From: an uncultured Candidatus Berkelbacteria bacterium
Lineage (GTDB): Bacteria; Patescibacteriota; UBA1384; UBA12157
Reading direction: 5' to 3'
Assembly (NCBI GenBank): GCA_903877885.1
Contig: CAIRFN010000004.1
Span: 19,869 to 83,868 of the forward strand
Length of the DNA stretch: 64,000 nucleotides
The notes below the pieces were generated by a model, which did no database searches, was not told where the DNA came from, and saw only the letters and a list, made by a program, of their open reading frames with translations. The position numbers and the translations under genes are program-made. Shown here piece by piece: positions 40,058 to 49,099 of this stretch. Within the stretch, counting starts at the first letter, position 1. Every line of letters starts with the position of its first letter.

Positions 40058-40134
40058 TCCCGGGTAGCTCAGTTGGATAGAGCATGAGATTGCGGATCTC
40101 AAGGTCGTGGGTTCGAGTCCCATCTCGGGAACCA
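40058..40134 (+). tRNA. tRNA-Arg(GCG)
   Basis: Acceptor TCCCGGG/CTCGGGA, anticodon arm TGAGA-TTGCGGA-TCTCA, CCA. Confidence 0.93.
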
Positions 40135-40223
40135 TCCCTTTTCCTTCTTTTCTCCACCTCCCGTCATTAGTTGACGGGTTTTTTATTTAAAAAAGCGCTG
40201 ATTTAATTCAGCGCTGTAATAGA

Positions 40224-41234
40224 TTATAAATTTATACTCCAGATTTTAGTATCAGGGGTTTGTTCAAAACCAAGCCTGTAGAATGCTGGGTCCATAATCA
40301 TCCAAGTCGGACATTGTTTGATATCGACAGATAATTGTTTGCAACAAAGATTTTTAGCCTCAGAAATTGCAGCCTCAGCCATTTTAATGGTTGTGTCATA
40401 ATCGTCAAGAATACCTTGAACGGCCATAGTTTGGATTATCAAAGTTTCAGTTTCTACTGAATGGACAAGTTTCATACACCCATGAATATCACTATCAATA
40501 GCGTAAACGTAGAATTCATTAATATTTGTGCTGATATATTTTATGTCAGCACGATGATAAAAACTATCTTGAGCTAAAATTCTGATGATTTCAGCAATAT
40601 CGTCATTATTTGCTTTACGGCAATTTTGATAAATATTAGCAGAAATCATTGTTCCGACTCCTTCTGTCGAAAATAGTTCTTTGATTAAACTATTTTCTCG
40701 ATGACGGTGTCCAGAGATAAAATGGACCCTCTTAATTCCTTCTTCGCAGGCTTTTATAGCTAGAAGGAGTTTATGTTTCATAAAACCTTTGATAACTGAT
40801 GTGTCGGCAATATTTTTAGCACTAGCTATATCAAGCTGATGTAGAAGCGCTTGTTCGTTATTGTATATGCCATCACTGGTAGTGATAAAAATTAATTTAT
40901 CCGCTCCTATCTTGATAGCTAATTCATAAGCGCGTACATCAGCGTCTTCATCTGCGCCTTTGATTAAAATAGGTATTATTCCATGTCCCATTTCAGTAAA
41001 ACCAGCCGAGAAGTCATATAGTAGACTCATGTCATCGATAACACTACCCAGCGGCTCGATTCCGGCCAAATAGATTAGCATATTTGTTGTCTCGGCTATC
41101 AAAATAATGTCTTTAGCTAAACCATTTTTTAATATATTTTCGCAGACATTGTGGTCGATTTTGATGACAACTTTCTGTCCATCAAAATGCTTAGCATAGA
41201 GTAGTACATTCCTGATTAAACGGCTCGTATTCAT
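40224..41234 (-). CDS. Degenerate ArgA-like (N-acetylglutamate synthase AAK + GNAT) protein
   Basis: VVIK, LAIKIGADKLIFIT, GIKRVHFI, ELFSTEGVGTMI Arg-binding motif, RKANNDDI linker; AAK domain shortened; no clear acetyl-CoA motif. Confidence 0.7.
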   Translation of the reverse strand: MNTSRLIRNVLLYAKHFDGQKVVIKIDHNVCENILKNGLAKDIILIAETTNMLIYLAGIEPLGSVIDDMSLLYDFSAGFTEMGHGIIPILIKGADEDADVRAYELAIKIGADKLIFITTSDGIYNNEQALLHQLDIASAKNIADTSVIKGFMKHKLLLAIKACEEGIKRVHFISGHRHRENSLIKELFSTEGVGTMISANIYQNCRKANNDDIAEIIRILAQDSFYHRADIKYISTNINEFYVYAIDSDIHGCMKLVHSVETETLIIQTMAVQGILDDYDTTIKMAEAAISEAKNLCCKQLSVDIKQCPTWMIMDPAFYRLGFEQTPDTKIWSINL

Positions 41235-42442
41235 GATTTTCCTCCTTTGCAACAAAAATGACGAATTAGCTCGACATAATGAGTAATGTGGATCGGATCA
41301 AGGAAATTTTCATCAATAGATTCGAAGTCTTGATGCGCATCCCTAATCGATCCCGGCCCTAATATTATTGTATCAGCGCCAGTTCTATGACTAAATATAG
41401 TGGCTTCAGAGCTATAGGAAACTCCTTCGGCTTTTCTATCAAAAATTGTTTCAGCTGCTTCAACCAAATTACATGATTTACTTGTCTCAAGTGGTAGAGT
41501 TGGCGAAGTATTGAACTCAACTTGAATATTTATTCTCTTGTCTTCACTCCGATTCCGATTAATATTATCCGCTATTTGTTCGATAGTAGATTCTAAAAGA
41601 TTGAAAATCGTACCACTATCCTGTCCGTGCATAAAACGTATATCACATTCCAGTTTTATTTCACCAGGAATGATATTTTTAGCTGCATTTGCCCCCATGA
41701 CAATATTACCAATATTCATAGTGGCGTAGTTAGGATCATAATTAACATCTTTAAATTTTCTTAGATGTAGTCCAAATTTTTCAAGTCCGTCAATTACTTG
41801 TGGCAAAGCAATTGTTATTACGTTTACTAAATCTCGAGGGTCAGAACTGTGACTACAACCTTTATTACTTTTCCGCGTGATATTTATTCGGAAGAACATA
41901 TAGCCTTTCTGAAAACGCATCGGGACAAGTAAAGTTGGTTCGCCAACGATAATATTTTTTGCGGGAATAAATTCTTTTTCTGAAAGAAGAAGTTTAACAC
42001 CTTTACAACCTAGTTCTTCGGTATGCGTAAAATATAAAGCCAGACTCTCTGATAGGTCTTCATCTGGAATAGAACTAGCTGCTAGCATGGCCATAGCCAA
42101 AAAAAGTTTCATATCAGTTATGCCTAAACCTTGATATCTTTTTCCTTTTTTAGCGACTGTAAAAACATTGTCTTTCCAGCTTTTGGGATTATAAGAAACA
42201 GTATCAGTATGACCAGATAAAGCTAAGATTGGTTTAGCACTTGGTCCTTTAACGGCCACAAGGTTTGTTTTTTTGCCATTGCCGAAAGAAGTGATTTTGA
42301 ATCTATTTTTTTCACAAAATTCTGCAATGTATTCCAGTGTTAATTTATAACCAGTACCGTCATCAGAAACTACACACTCTTTACTGATAGTGTTAAAACT
42401 TACTAATCTGGTGACCAGATCGAGTAAAGTCAGAGTTTTCAT
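41231..42442 (-). CDS. argE: Acetylornithine deacetylase (M20 family)
   Basis: LSGHTDTV, GITDMK, EELG, GEPT, HSS, GPGSIRDAH; overlaps the argA-like gene. Confidence 0.8.
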   Translation of the reverse strand: MKTLTLLDLVTRLVSFNTISKECVVSDDGTGYKLTLEYIAEFCEKNRFKITSFGNGKKTNLVAVKGPSAKPILALSGHTDTVSYNPKSWKDNVFTVAKKGKRYQGLGITDMKLFLAMAMLAASSIPDEDLSESLALYFTHTEELGCKGVKLLLSEKEFIPAKNIIVGEPTLLVPMRFQKGYMFFRINITRKSNKGCSHSSDPRDLVNVITIALPQVIDGLEKFGLHLRKFKDVNYDPNYATMNIGNIVMGANAAKNIIPGEIKLECDIRFMHGQDSGTIFNLLESTIEQIADNINRNRSEDKRINIQVEFNTSPTLPLETSKSCNLVEAAETIFDRKAEGVSYSSEATIFSHRTGADTIILGPGSIRDAHQDFESIDENFLDPIHITHYVELIRHFCCKGGKS

Positions 42443-42611
42443 GGTTTATCCTCCGTCAGATAAATTGTCAAGGTTCCTTGATTACTTCTGTTCTATCACA
42501 GAACAAATAATAAATCAACTAAAATATTTAGGCATCTTGACATTAGTTGAATATAATGTTATTAATAAGGCCAGCGTACCTTAACTTATCAATAAAAAGG
42601 GGGATTGTCCG

Positions 42612-44462
42612 ATGACAAGTATTGTGACTCTGCGACAACATATTACCGACATGGTAATTACGATGCTCGAAAAGGTTTATAAGAAAAAACCCGAGGTTGT
42701 TAACCTCTCATTGGCTACCGATTTGCGATTCGGCGATTTTCAGATTGCTTGTTTTCAATTTGCTAAGTTCGCAAAGACAAGTCCTGTCGAAATTGCCAAA
42801 GTAATTGCACTGGAATTGGGTAGTTCACCAGACTGGATTTTTTCAAAAGTCGAAGCTATTGGTCCGTATGTTAACCTTACAATTAAGCCAAATCTCTTAT
42901 TTAGTTTGGTTTGTCTTGATTTAGATCAACATGATTTGTTTAGTCAAATATCAATTGGTCATGGTCAGAAGGTAATGGTTGAATATCTCTCGCCAAATAC
43001 AAATAAACCGCTTCATCTCGGTCATGTTCGTAACGGCGTGTTAGGTACGGCATTATCTAATATTTTGACATTAGTGGGTTACAATTTAATCAAAGCTAAT
43101 TTGATCAATGACCGTGGTATCCATATCTGTAAATCAATGTTAGCTTGGCAACGTTGGGGAAATGGCGAGACGCCTGAAACAAATAGTAAAAAAGGCGATC
43201 ACTTAGTTGGCGATTATTATGTTAAATTTGATACTGAGTTTAAAAAGCAACTTTATTCATTAAGAGATGATCGACCAGAATTGAGTGGAAAAACTGATAA
43301 AGAAATTGATGAACTCGCTGACGATTATTTTTTCGAAACTGAAATCGGTCAAGCAGCGCAAGCAATGTTGCGGCATTGGGAGGATGGGAATCAAGAAATC
43401 CGTGATATTTGGAAGATGATGAATCAATGGGTTTACGCTGGTTTTAACGAAACCTACGAGCAATATGGCTTTTCTTTTGATCGTTTTTATTATGAAAATC
43501 AAACTTATTTACTCGGTAAAGATATCGTTCAATCTGGTATTGACCGCGGAATATTTGTTACTGAAGAGAACGGTCAAGTTGTGGCATTATTACCCAAAGA
43601 TGGGTTTGGCTTAGAATCGGGTGGTCACCAAAAACGTATTACCGTGTTGCGCCCTGATGGCACTAGTGTTTATATGACACAGGATATTGGAACTGCTCAG
43701 TTAAAATATGATGATTACGGTTTAGATCGTTCAATTTATATTGTTGGTTCGGAGCAGAACTATCATTTCCAATGTCTATTTCATATTCTAAAGTCACTTG
43801 GATTTAATTGGGCACACGGTTGTTTTCATCTTTCATACGGTATGGTTTATTTACCGCATGGTCGGATGAAATCACGAGAGGGTACAGTAGTTGATGCCGA
43901 TAATTTATTGGAAGAAGTGATTAAGCTTGCAGAGGTGCAAGTTAGAAGTCACAACGAAAATTTACCTTGTCGTGAGATTCTGAAACGGGCACACGATATC
44001 GCTTTAGCAGCCATTAAGTTCTTTTTGTTACGTGTTGGCTCTAGTGTCGATATTCATTTTGATCCAGAAGAATCACTTTCGTTTGAAGGTAATACTGGCC
44101 CGTATTGTCAATATGCTTTTGCTCGAGCCTGTTCTGTAATGGAAAAAGCTGCAAATTTAAGTTTAATACAAACGCCAAATTTCAGTTTATTAGGTAATGC
44201 TGAAGAACGAGCATTGGCTCAAAAGATTATCGGTTTCGCCGATAGTGTTAAAGCGTCTGCTGAAGATATGAGTCCTTCGAAAGTGGCAAACTATATCTTC
44301 GATTTAGCTCGAGCCTTTAATCTGTTCTACGAAAAGCATAAGATTATCGATAGTGACAATATTGAATTAACCACTGCAAGATTTGCTTTGGTTCGTTCAG
44401 TGGCTATGGTGTTAAAACGAGGACTGTTATTATTGGGAATTCCGGTTTTGGAAAATATGTAA
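42612..44462 (+). CDS. argS: Arginine--tRNA ligase
   Basis: EYLSPNTNKPLHLGH, YMTQDIG, RMKSREG, FEGNTGPY.QY, C-terminal ENM. Confidence 0.97.
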   Translation: MTSIVTLRQHITDMVITMLEKVYKKKPEVVNLSLATDLRFGDFQIACFQFAKFAKTSPVEIAKVIALELGSSPDWIFSKVEAIGPYVNLTIKPNLLFSLVCLDLDQHDLFSQISIGHGQKVMVEYLSPNTNKPLHLGHVRNGVLGTALSNILTLVGYNLIKANLINDRGIHICKSMLAWQRWGNGETPETNSKKGDHLVGDYYVKFDTEFKKQLYSLRDDRPELSGKTDKEIDELADDYFFETEIGQAAQAMLRHWEDGNQEIRDIWKMMNQWVYAGFNETYEQYGFSFDRFYYENQTYLLGKDIVQSGIDRGIFVTEENGQVVALLPKDGFGLESGGHQKRITVLRPDGTSVYMTQDIGTAQLKYDDYGLDRSIYIVGSEQNYHFQCLFHILKSLGFNWAHGCFHLSYGMVYLPHGRMKSREGTVVDADNLLEEVIKLAEVQVRSHNENLPCREILKRAHDIALAAIKFFLLRVGSSVDIHFDPEESLSFEGNTGPYCQYAFARACSVMEKAANLSLIQTPNFSLLGNAEERALAQKIIGFADSVKASAEDMSPSKVANYIFDLARAFNLFYEKHKIIDSDNIELTTARFALVRSVAMVLKRGLLLLGIPVLENM

Positions 44463-44559
44463 TATTTGAAGATTCCAGCTGGCCGTTGTGAAAACAACGG
44501 CTTTTTTGATACTTATTGACAAAATTGAAGTTTCATGTGATAATAGCCAAAGTTGATGT

Positions 44560-44637
44560 TCCCGTGTAGCTCAGTTCGGATAGAGCAACTGCCTTCTAAG
44601 CAGTAGGTCACCGGTTCAAATCCGGTCACGGGAACCA
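44560..44637 (+). tRNA. tRNA-Arg(TCT)
   Basis: Acceptor TCCCGTG/CACGGGA, anticodon arm ACTGC-CTTCTAA-GCAGT, CCA; own promoter at 44516 and hairpin at about 44652-44672. Confidence 0.93.
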
Positions 44638-44737
44638 ATTATCTTTTTTAAAGGCCGCCTTCGGGCGGCCTTATTCATTGACAATTTTTAACTTATAGAA
44701 TAGAATACAATTAACCGACGAGGTAAGGAGGTTGGTC

Positions 44738-45094
44738 ATGATTGTAATGGGTTGCAATGAGGAAACTGTACCTCTGCAGATGGTCAACTATCTGCTTCAG
44801 GTCTTTCGACAGTTTGGCAAAGTTGGTATTGCCGCTAACAGTATTAATTCTCAAAGTATCGCGATTCGAAGTATGCAATTACTTTGCGAAGAAATTTCGC
44901 AAGAAGATCGGCACAAAATAGAATTCTACGTACTTGATGAAGACATTAATGTGTTAGGAGAAAGTAAACTTGCTGGTTTAGAAGCTGTACCGATTACTGA
45001 CATTGATAAAGCGATGAATCGATTCAACCAAACTCATAACGGATTTCATTATATTTGTCTCGTTGCAAAAAAATGTTTAGACTACCAAATCTGA
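44738..45094 (+). CDS. Hypothetical protein, N-terminus faintly SpoVS/Alba-like
   Basis: Own promoter TTGACA(44678)-17-TAGAAT, GGGAGG RBS, terminator at about 45098-45121; weak visual similarity to SpoVS. Confidence 0.45.
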   Translation: MIVMGCNEETVPLQMVNYLLQVFRQFGKVGIAANSINSQSIAIRSMQLLCEEISQEDRHKIEFYVLDEDINVLGESKLAGLEAVPITDIDKAMNRFNQTHNGFHYICLVAKKCLDYQI

Positions 45095-45129
45095 ATTTCC
45101 GGGCTAACACCCGGTTTTTTTATTCTCTA

Positions 45130-45158
45130 TTGACAAGATGAATAAAACAATTTATATT
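45130..45158 (+). promoter_or_regulatory. Sigma70-type promoter of the leader/PLP/ATP-grasp operon
   Basis: TTGACA-17 bp-TATATT. Confidence 0.65.
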
Positions 45159-45170
45159 AAAATTACGAAT

Positions 45171-45236
45171 ATGAATATAATCCGTCGTCGAAATTTATTA
45201 AATCGCTTAAGGTTGCTTGATGGCAATTTGACTTAG
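45171..45236 (+). CDS. Putative Arg-rich attenuator leader peptide MNIIRRRNLLNRLRLLDGNLT
   Basis: Tandem CGT-CGT-CGA at 45183-45191 plus CGC and AGG; overlaps the antiterminator arm. Confidence 0.7.
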   Translation: MNIIRRRNLLNRLRLLDGNLT

Positions 45237-45290
45237 TATTATCAAAAAAATCGAATTTCTATCAAGCGACCTTAAGCGAGGTCGTTTTTT
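45203..45290 (+). promoter_or_regulatory. Antiterminator/terminator pair (transcription attenuator)
   Basis: 45203-45221 pairs with 45261-45279 (19 bp, one G-U); mutually exclusive terminator GCGACCT-taagcg-AGGTCG followed by T6 (45266-45290). Confidence 0.78.
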
Positions 45291-45334
45291 GTATTCTCGG
45301 TACCTTACAACTTATGCGCAAAGGGGGAATGGTC

Positions 45335-46591
45335 ATGGCGAAGATATTTGAATGTCTAATCTGTGGTAATACAGTTTATGAAAGTGATATTTACACACAC
45401 AAAGCTGTACATCCTGGTTTAAAAAGCTATGGTTATATGTGGCCAAGCTATTATGAAGAAAACCCAAATCGGAATCTTCGGTTAGCTCCAATTCACCAGT
45501 CTACATTATTTGCTGAGGCTATCGGTGTAAGTGAAGTGTATATTCGTGACGAAGGCCAAAATCTTTCTGGTAGTATGAAAGATTATATCGTTGAAGAAGC
45601 AGTGAATTTAGGTATTGCTGACGGCGCCAATGTTTTTACAGTAGTTTCAAGCGGTAATCAAGCTTTTTCATTAGCTAAATACACGCAATTGGCTGGGAAA
45701 AAAGCTGTTTTGTTCGCACCAGAATCATCATCAAAGATTGGTATACTTTCTACTCTAGATAACGTTTTCATCTTAGCTGTAAAAGATGCCATCTTCGAAG
45801 ATGTATATCGTTTGGCAGCGGATCTAAACTTACCTGGCGTGTACAACGCCAATGTAACGAACGATTTATTGCTACCTGGTTTAGTTACAGTGAGTCGACA
45901 GATTATTGAGGCAGGGCTTAATATCGATTATGTTTTGTCTGGTGTTGGTAATGGTACATATTTGGCTGGCCTAACACTTGGCTTTATGAAGTATCGATAC
46001 GCTTTGCCAAAAATCATTCCAGTTGGGATGATGGGGGCTTTCCCAACTCAAGTCGCACTTGAAAACGGGATATCTTGTTATGAATATCAAGACTTTCAAG
46101 TTGATGAATCGATTATAGATGCGGCTGAAGGTTCGATTGCTATTGCTAGTTACAGTATGCCTCAGCTCATCCATGCTATCACTGTTTCCAATGGTTTTTG
46201 TCTTGGCGATTTACTTAATTCTGATTTGGCTACAGCCTATGATCTTTTGTATCAGGACAAAGCGTTGGTTGATGCAGGTGCTATTCCTGAACCAACAGGT
46301 ATAATGGGTTTAGCTGCGGCAATCAAATATCGCAACTGTTTTGGGTCAAAAAGTCGTTTACTTATCTCATTTACTGGTCATGGAGTCAAAGATTTAGAGG
46401 GAATTAAGCGACTTGTGCCAAATTTGTATGACGAATTGTCTGCGGCGGCTTTAGCTAGTCGTCCGGATTTATCTGTGTCCTTCGCGGAAATGGATATGTC
46501 CAAGATCAAGCTAATCGACAAAGAAATGTCAAAAACTGACATTGAGTCGATAGTGTATAACTGGCTTCGGAAAGAAGGGGGTAACTTATGA
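45335..46591 (+). CDS. Threonine-synthase-like fold-type II PLP-dependent enzyme with N-terminal CxxC...HxxxH zinc motif
   Basis: DEGQNLSGSMKD (PLP Lys), SSGN, GVGNG, PEPTG, SFTGHGVK. Confidence 0.85.
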   Translation: MAKIFECLICGNTVYESDIYTHKAVHPGLKSYGYMWPSYYEENPNRNLRLAPIHQSTLFAEAIGVSEVYIRDEGQNLSGSMKDYIVEEAVNLGIADGANVFTVVSSGNQAFSLAKYTQLAGKKAVLFAPESSSKIGILSTLDNVFILAVKDAIFEDVYRLAADLNLPGVYNANVTNDLLLPGLVTVSRQIIEAGLNIDYVLSGVGNGTYLAGLTLGFMKYRYALPKIIPVGMMGAFPTQVALENGISCYEYQDFQVDESIIDAAEGSIAIASYSMPQLIHAITVSNGFCLGDLLNSDLATAYDLLYQDKALVDAGAIPEPTGIMGLAAAIKYRNCFGSKSRLLISFTGHGVKDLEGIKRLVPNLYDELSAAALASRPDLSVSFAEMDMSKIKLIDKEMSKTDIESIVYNWLRKEGGNL

Positions 46592-47820
46592 AACGGATAA
46601 TCATCGACACTCAAAGCAACAGGCTTTTTCAAGGTATTGCTGCTGAACAAAATTATGATCAGCGAGGTGGACTTTGTCAAGTTGGAGAAGGTAATGTTGT
46701 CGTAACAACTAATCCTATCAATGTTGATTATTTGGATTATTGGCAAGAAGTCGGTTTTAGTTTGCCACATCTACTTACAGTTGGACCATTCGATCCTAGT
46801 TGTACAATTTCAGATTTAATTGTTCGTAATTTGGATGTCCAGACAGAAATTAAACGTTTAATTGATGGCTCAAATGCTCGTTTAGAATTCTTTTGTATTG
46901 AAGAATCTGAACGTAAGCTTGTTGAAACATTGGGCATCGAACCATATTGTAATATTGACGTTTCGATCAAACTTTCGAGAAAGCATAATTTTAAATCTTT
47001 ATGTGAAGAAATCGGTCTACCAACTCCAGAGTGGTTGGTTGGCAGAGATCGACGCGATCTCGCGAAGTATGGCAAAAAATTTCTGAGCGACTATTCTCAA
47101 CCATTTTTAGTAAAATCAGTTGATGGTACTGGTGGAATTTCTTGCGGCGGTATGGCATTAGTCAGAAATCAAGAGGAATTACTCCATCTTTGTAGTAATT
47201 CTGCTACGCTTGGTAACCATTTTATTTTGGAAAAGTTAATTCCTGATAAGGATGTTGAACTGTCGATTCATTGGCAGATAACTAAAGATTATGAATTAAT
47301 GGTTACTGATATTTTTTGTCAGCTTTCCGATAATTTTGCTTATGCTGGTGCTTGTGGTCCAGTCGACATTGCGCCGTCAATTAAAGATGAGATTATCTTA
47401 ACCTTAAAGGATATTTTCGCTCCAGCTTTGATTAAGGCGGGTGCTATTGGCTTCTTCTGTTGTGACCTGATCGTCGATAAATCTGGAAAAGTTTTTTGGA
47501 TTGACTTCAATCCGAGAAAAGGTGCAATCATCTATATTCATAGTATGGTTAGCCGTCTTTCCCAGAATGTTTTTGATAATAAGAGGCTCCATTTTTTTCA
47601 CCGGCATTGCCAGGCTGATAAAAATTTAAGCTTTTCTGAAGTGTATCAAAAAATCGGTCATCTTATGACACCAAGCGAAGATCCATTCGTAGTCATTACA
47701 AATCCTGGTTTGATTGAATATGGCTACGTTGATATCACTGGTATCTCTCATAATTCTGTTGATGAAGCACGTGAGTTTTTTGTCCAAGCCGAACAAACGA
47801 TAAAAAACACAGCGTGTTAA
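46588..47820 (+). CDS. ATP-grasp peptide ligase, PGM1-like (pre-ATP-grasp N-terminus)
   Basis: N-terminal NYDQR...VVVTT.P...DYLDY; KHNFK, LVKSVDGTGG, ILEK, CDLIV, IDFNPR. Confidence 0.7.
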   Translation: MKRIIIDTQSNRLFQGIAAEQNYDQRGGLCQVGEGNVVVTTNPINVDYLDYWQEVGFSLPHLLTVGPFDPSCTISDLIVRNLDVQTEIKRLIDGSNARLEFFCIEESERKLVETLGIEPYCNIDVSIKLSRKHNFKSLCEEIGLPTPEWLVGRDRRDLAKYGKKFLSDYSQPFLVKSVDGTGGISCGGMALVRNQEELLHLCSNSATLGNHFILEKLIPDKDVELSIHWQITKDYELMVTDIFCQLSDNFAYAGACGPVDIAPSIKDEIILTLKDIFAPALIKAGAIGFFCCDLIVDKSGKVFWIDFNPRKGAIIYIHSMVSRLSQNVFDNKRLHFFHRHCQADKNLSFSEVYQKIGHLMTPSEDPFVVITNPGLIEYGYVDITGISHNSVDEAREFFVQAEQTIKNTAC

Positions 47821-47923
47821 AAAGTTATTTCACAGGGTAATCCGCGTGATTACCCTTTTTAATTACTATTTAACACATAATTAAAAAATTTAGTTAAAGA
47901 ACTGAATATGGTAAAATTTTAAT

Positions 47924-49006
47924 ATGAAAATAAAATCGATTACGTTTAAAGAATTTAATTTAAAACTTTCAGAGCCGTTTAGCTACTATACGGCGACTTT
48001 AGAATGTCTTCCTTATGAAATTATAACAATAAAGACTGATAACGAGATCTTCGGATTTGGCGAAGCGGCTTTGGCTTGGGATGTAACTGGAGAAACACAA
48101 GAAGGAGCACTTGGTCTTTTTAAATATATTAAACCTTTGTTAATAAATCATAAACTGAATTCTATCGAAGATATTAAAGAAATGATGAAAAATATCGACC
48201 TAAATGTTCATGAGAACTCTGCCTTGAAATCAGGTATAGAATTTGCTCTTTTAGACGTTTTGGGAAAATTTAAAAACAAACCAGTTTACAAACTATTAGG
48301 TGGAAAAGAAAAAGAATTTGTTGTTGCTCAAAGAGTTTTTCCTTATAAAGAAAAACATTCCGATGATCTTCAACAAAAAATTACTTTAAGCCTTCAAAAC
48401 GGCGCAGAAATCATTAAATTTAAAGCAGGAGAAAATTCAGAGATAGATTACCAAATTATCGAAAAAGTTGTTAACTTTTTTCCGACAATAAAATTAGTCT
48501 TAGATGTCAACCAAGGTTGGAAAAATTTCTTGAATGCTTGGCCAATAATTAAAAAATTGGAAAAATTTAAAAAAAATATTTTATGGATTGAACAACCGAT
48601 ATTTTCAAGTGATTATGAAGGGCTAGCTGAACTGAGTAAGAAAAGCGAAATTTTGATTATGGCTGACGAAAGTTGTCATAATCTACTTGATTTGAAAAAT
48701 CTTTACCTAAACAAATCAGTCAAACTAATTAATATTAAATTAGCAAAATGCGGTGGGATTCTCCCAGCGATGGAAATGGTTAAGTTTTGTGAAGAAAAAG
48801 ATATAAAATATATGTTAGGTGATATGATCAATTCCCCTTTAGGGACTGCTGCCAATCTTCAGATGGCTACATTAGGAAATTTCATTAGTTACGATCTGAC
48901 ACTCAATAATAAAATTGAGTCTGATCCGACTTCTGGTCTAAAAATTGATGGTTATAAATTCTATATACCACAAACATCTGGCATAGGTGTAAGCTTAAAG
49001 AATTGA
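47924..49006 (+). CDS. Enolase superfamily enzyme (MLE subgroup, dipeptide-epimerase-like)
   Basis: GFGEA, KFK, LDVNQ, EQP, ADES, NIKLAK. Confidence 0.85.
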   Translation: MKIKSITFKEFNLKLSEPFSYYTATLECLPYEIITIKTDNEIFGFGEAALAWDVTGETQEGALGLFKYIKPLLINHKLNSIEDIKEMMKNIDLNVHENSALKSGIEFALLDVLGKFKNKPVYKLLGGKEKEFVVAQRVFPYKEKHSDDLQQKITLSLQNGAEIIKFKAGENSEIDYQIIEKVVNFFPTIKLVLDVNQGWKNFLNAWPIIKKLEKFKKNILWIEQPIFSSDYEGLAELSKKSEILIMADESCHNLLDLKNLYLNKSVKLINIKLAKCGGILPAMEMVKFCEEKDIKYMLGDMINSPLGTAANLQMATLGNFISYDLTLNNKIESDPTSGLKIDGYKFYIPQTSGIGVSLKN

Positions 49007-49099
49007 AATAAAAGATAAAATATGATATGAATAGGTTGGTAGAAGATAAAAAATTATCTGCTACTGATCATTAACATTGAAGAAGGGGAGGAATTAGTC

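Noticed and set aside
39840-40157. 105-aa minus-strand ORF
   Set aside because: Antisense shadow of the two tRNA-Arg genes
42443-42611. T-box or ARG box upstream of argS/argE
   Set aside because: The spacer is short, has no T-box consensus or leader terminator, and shows no convincing ARG box
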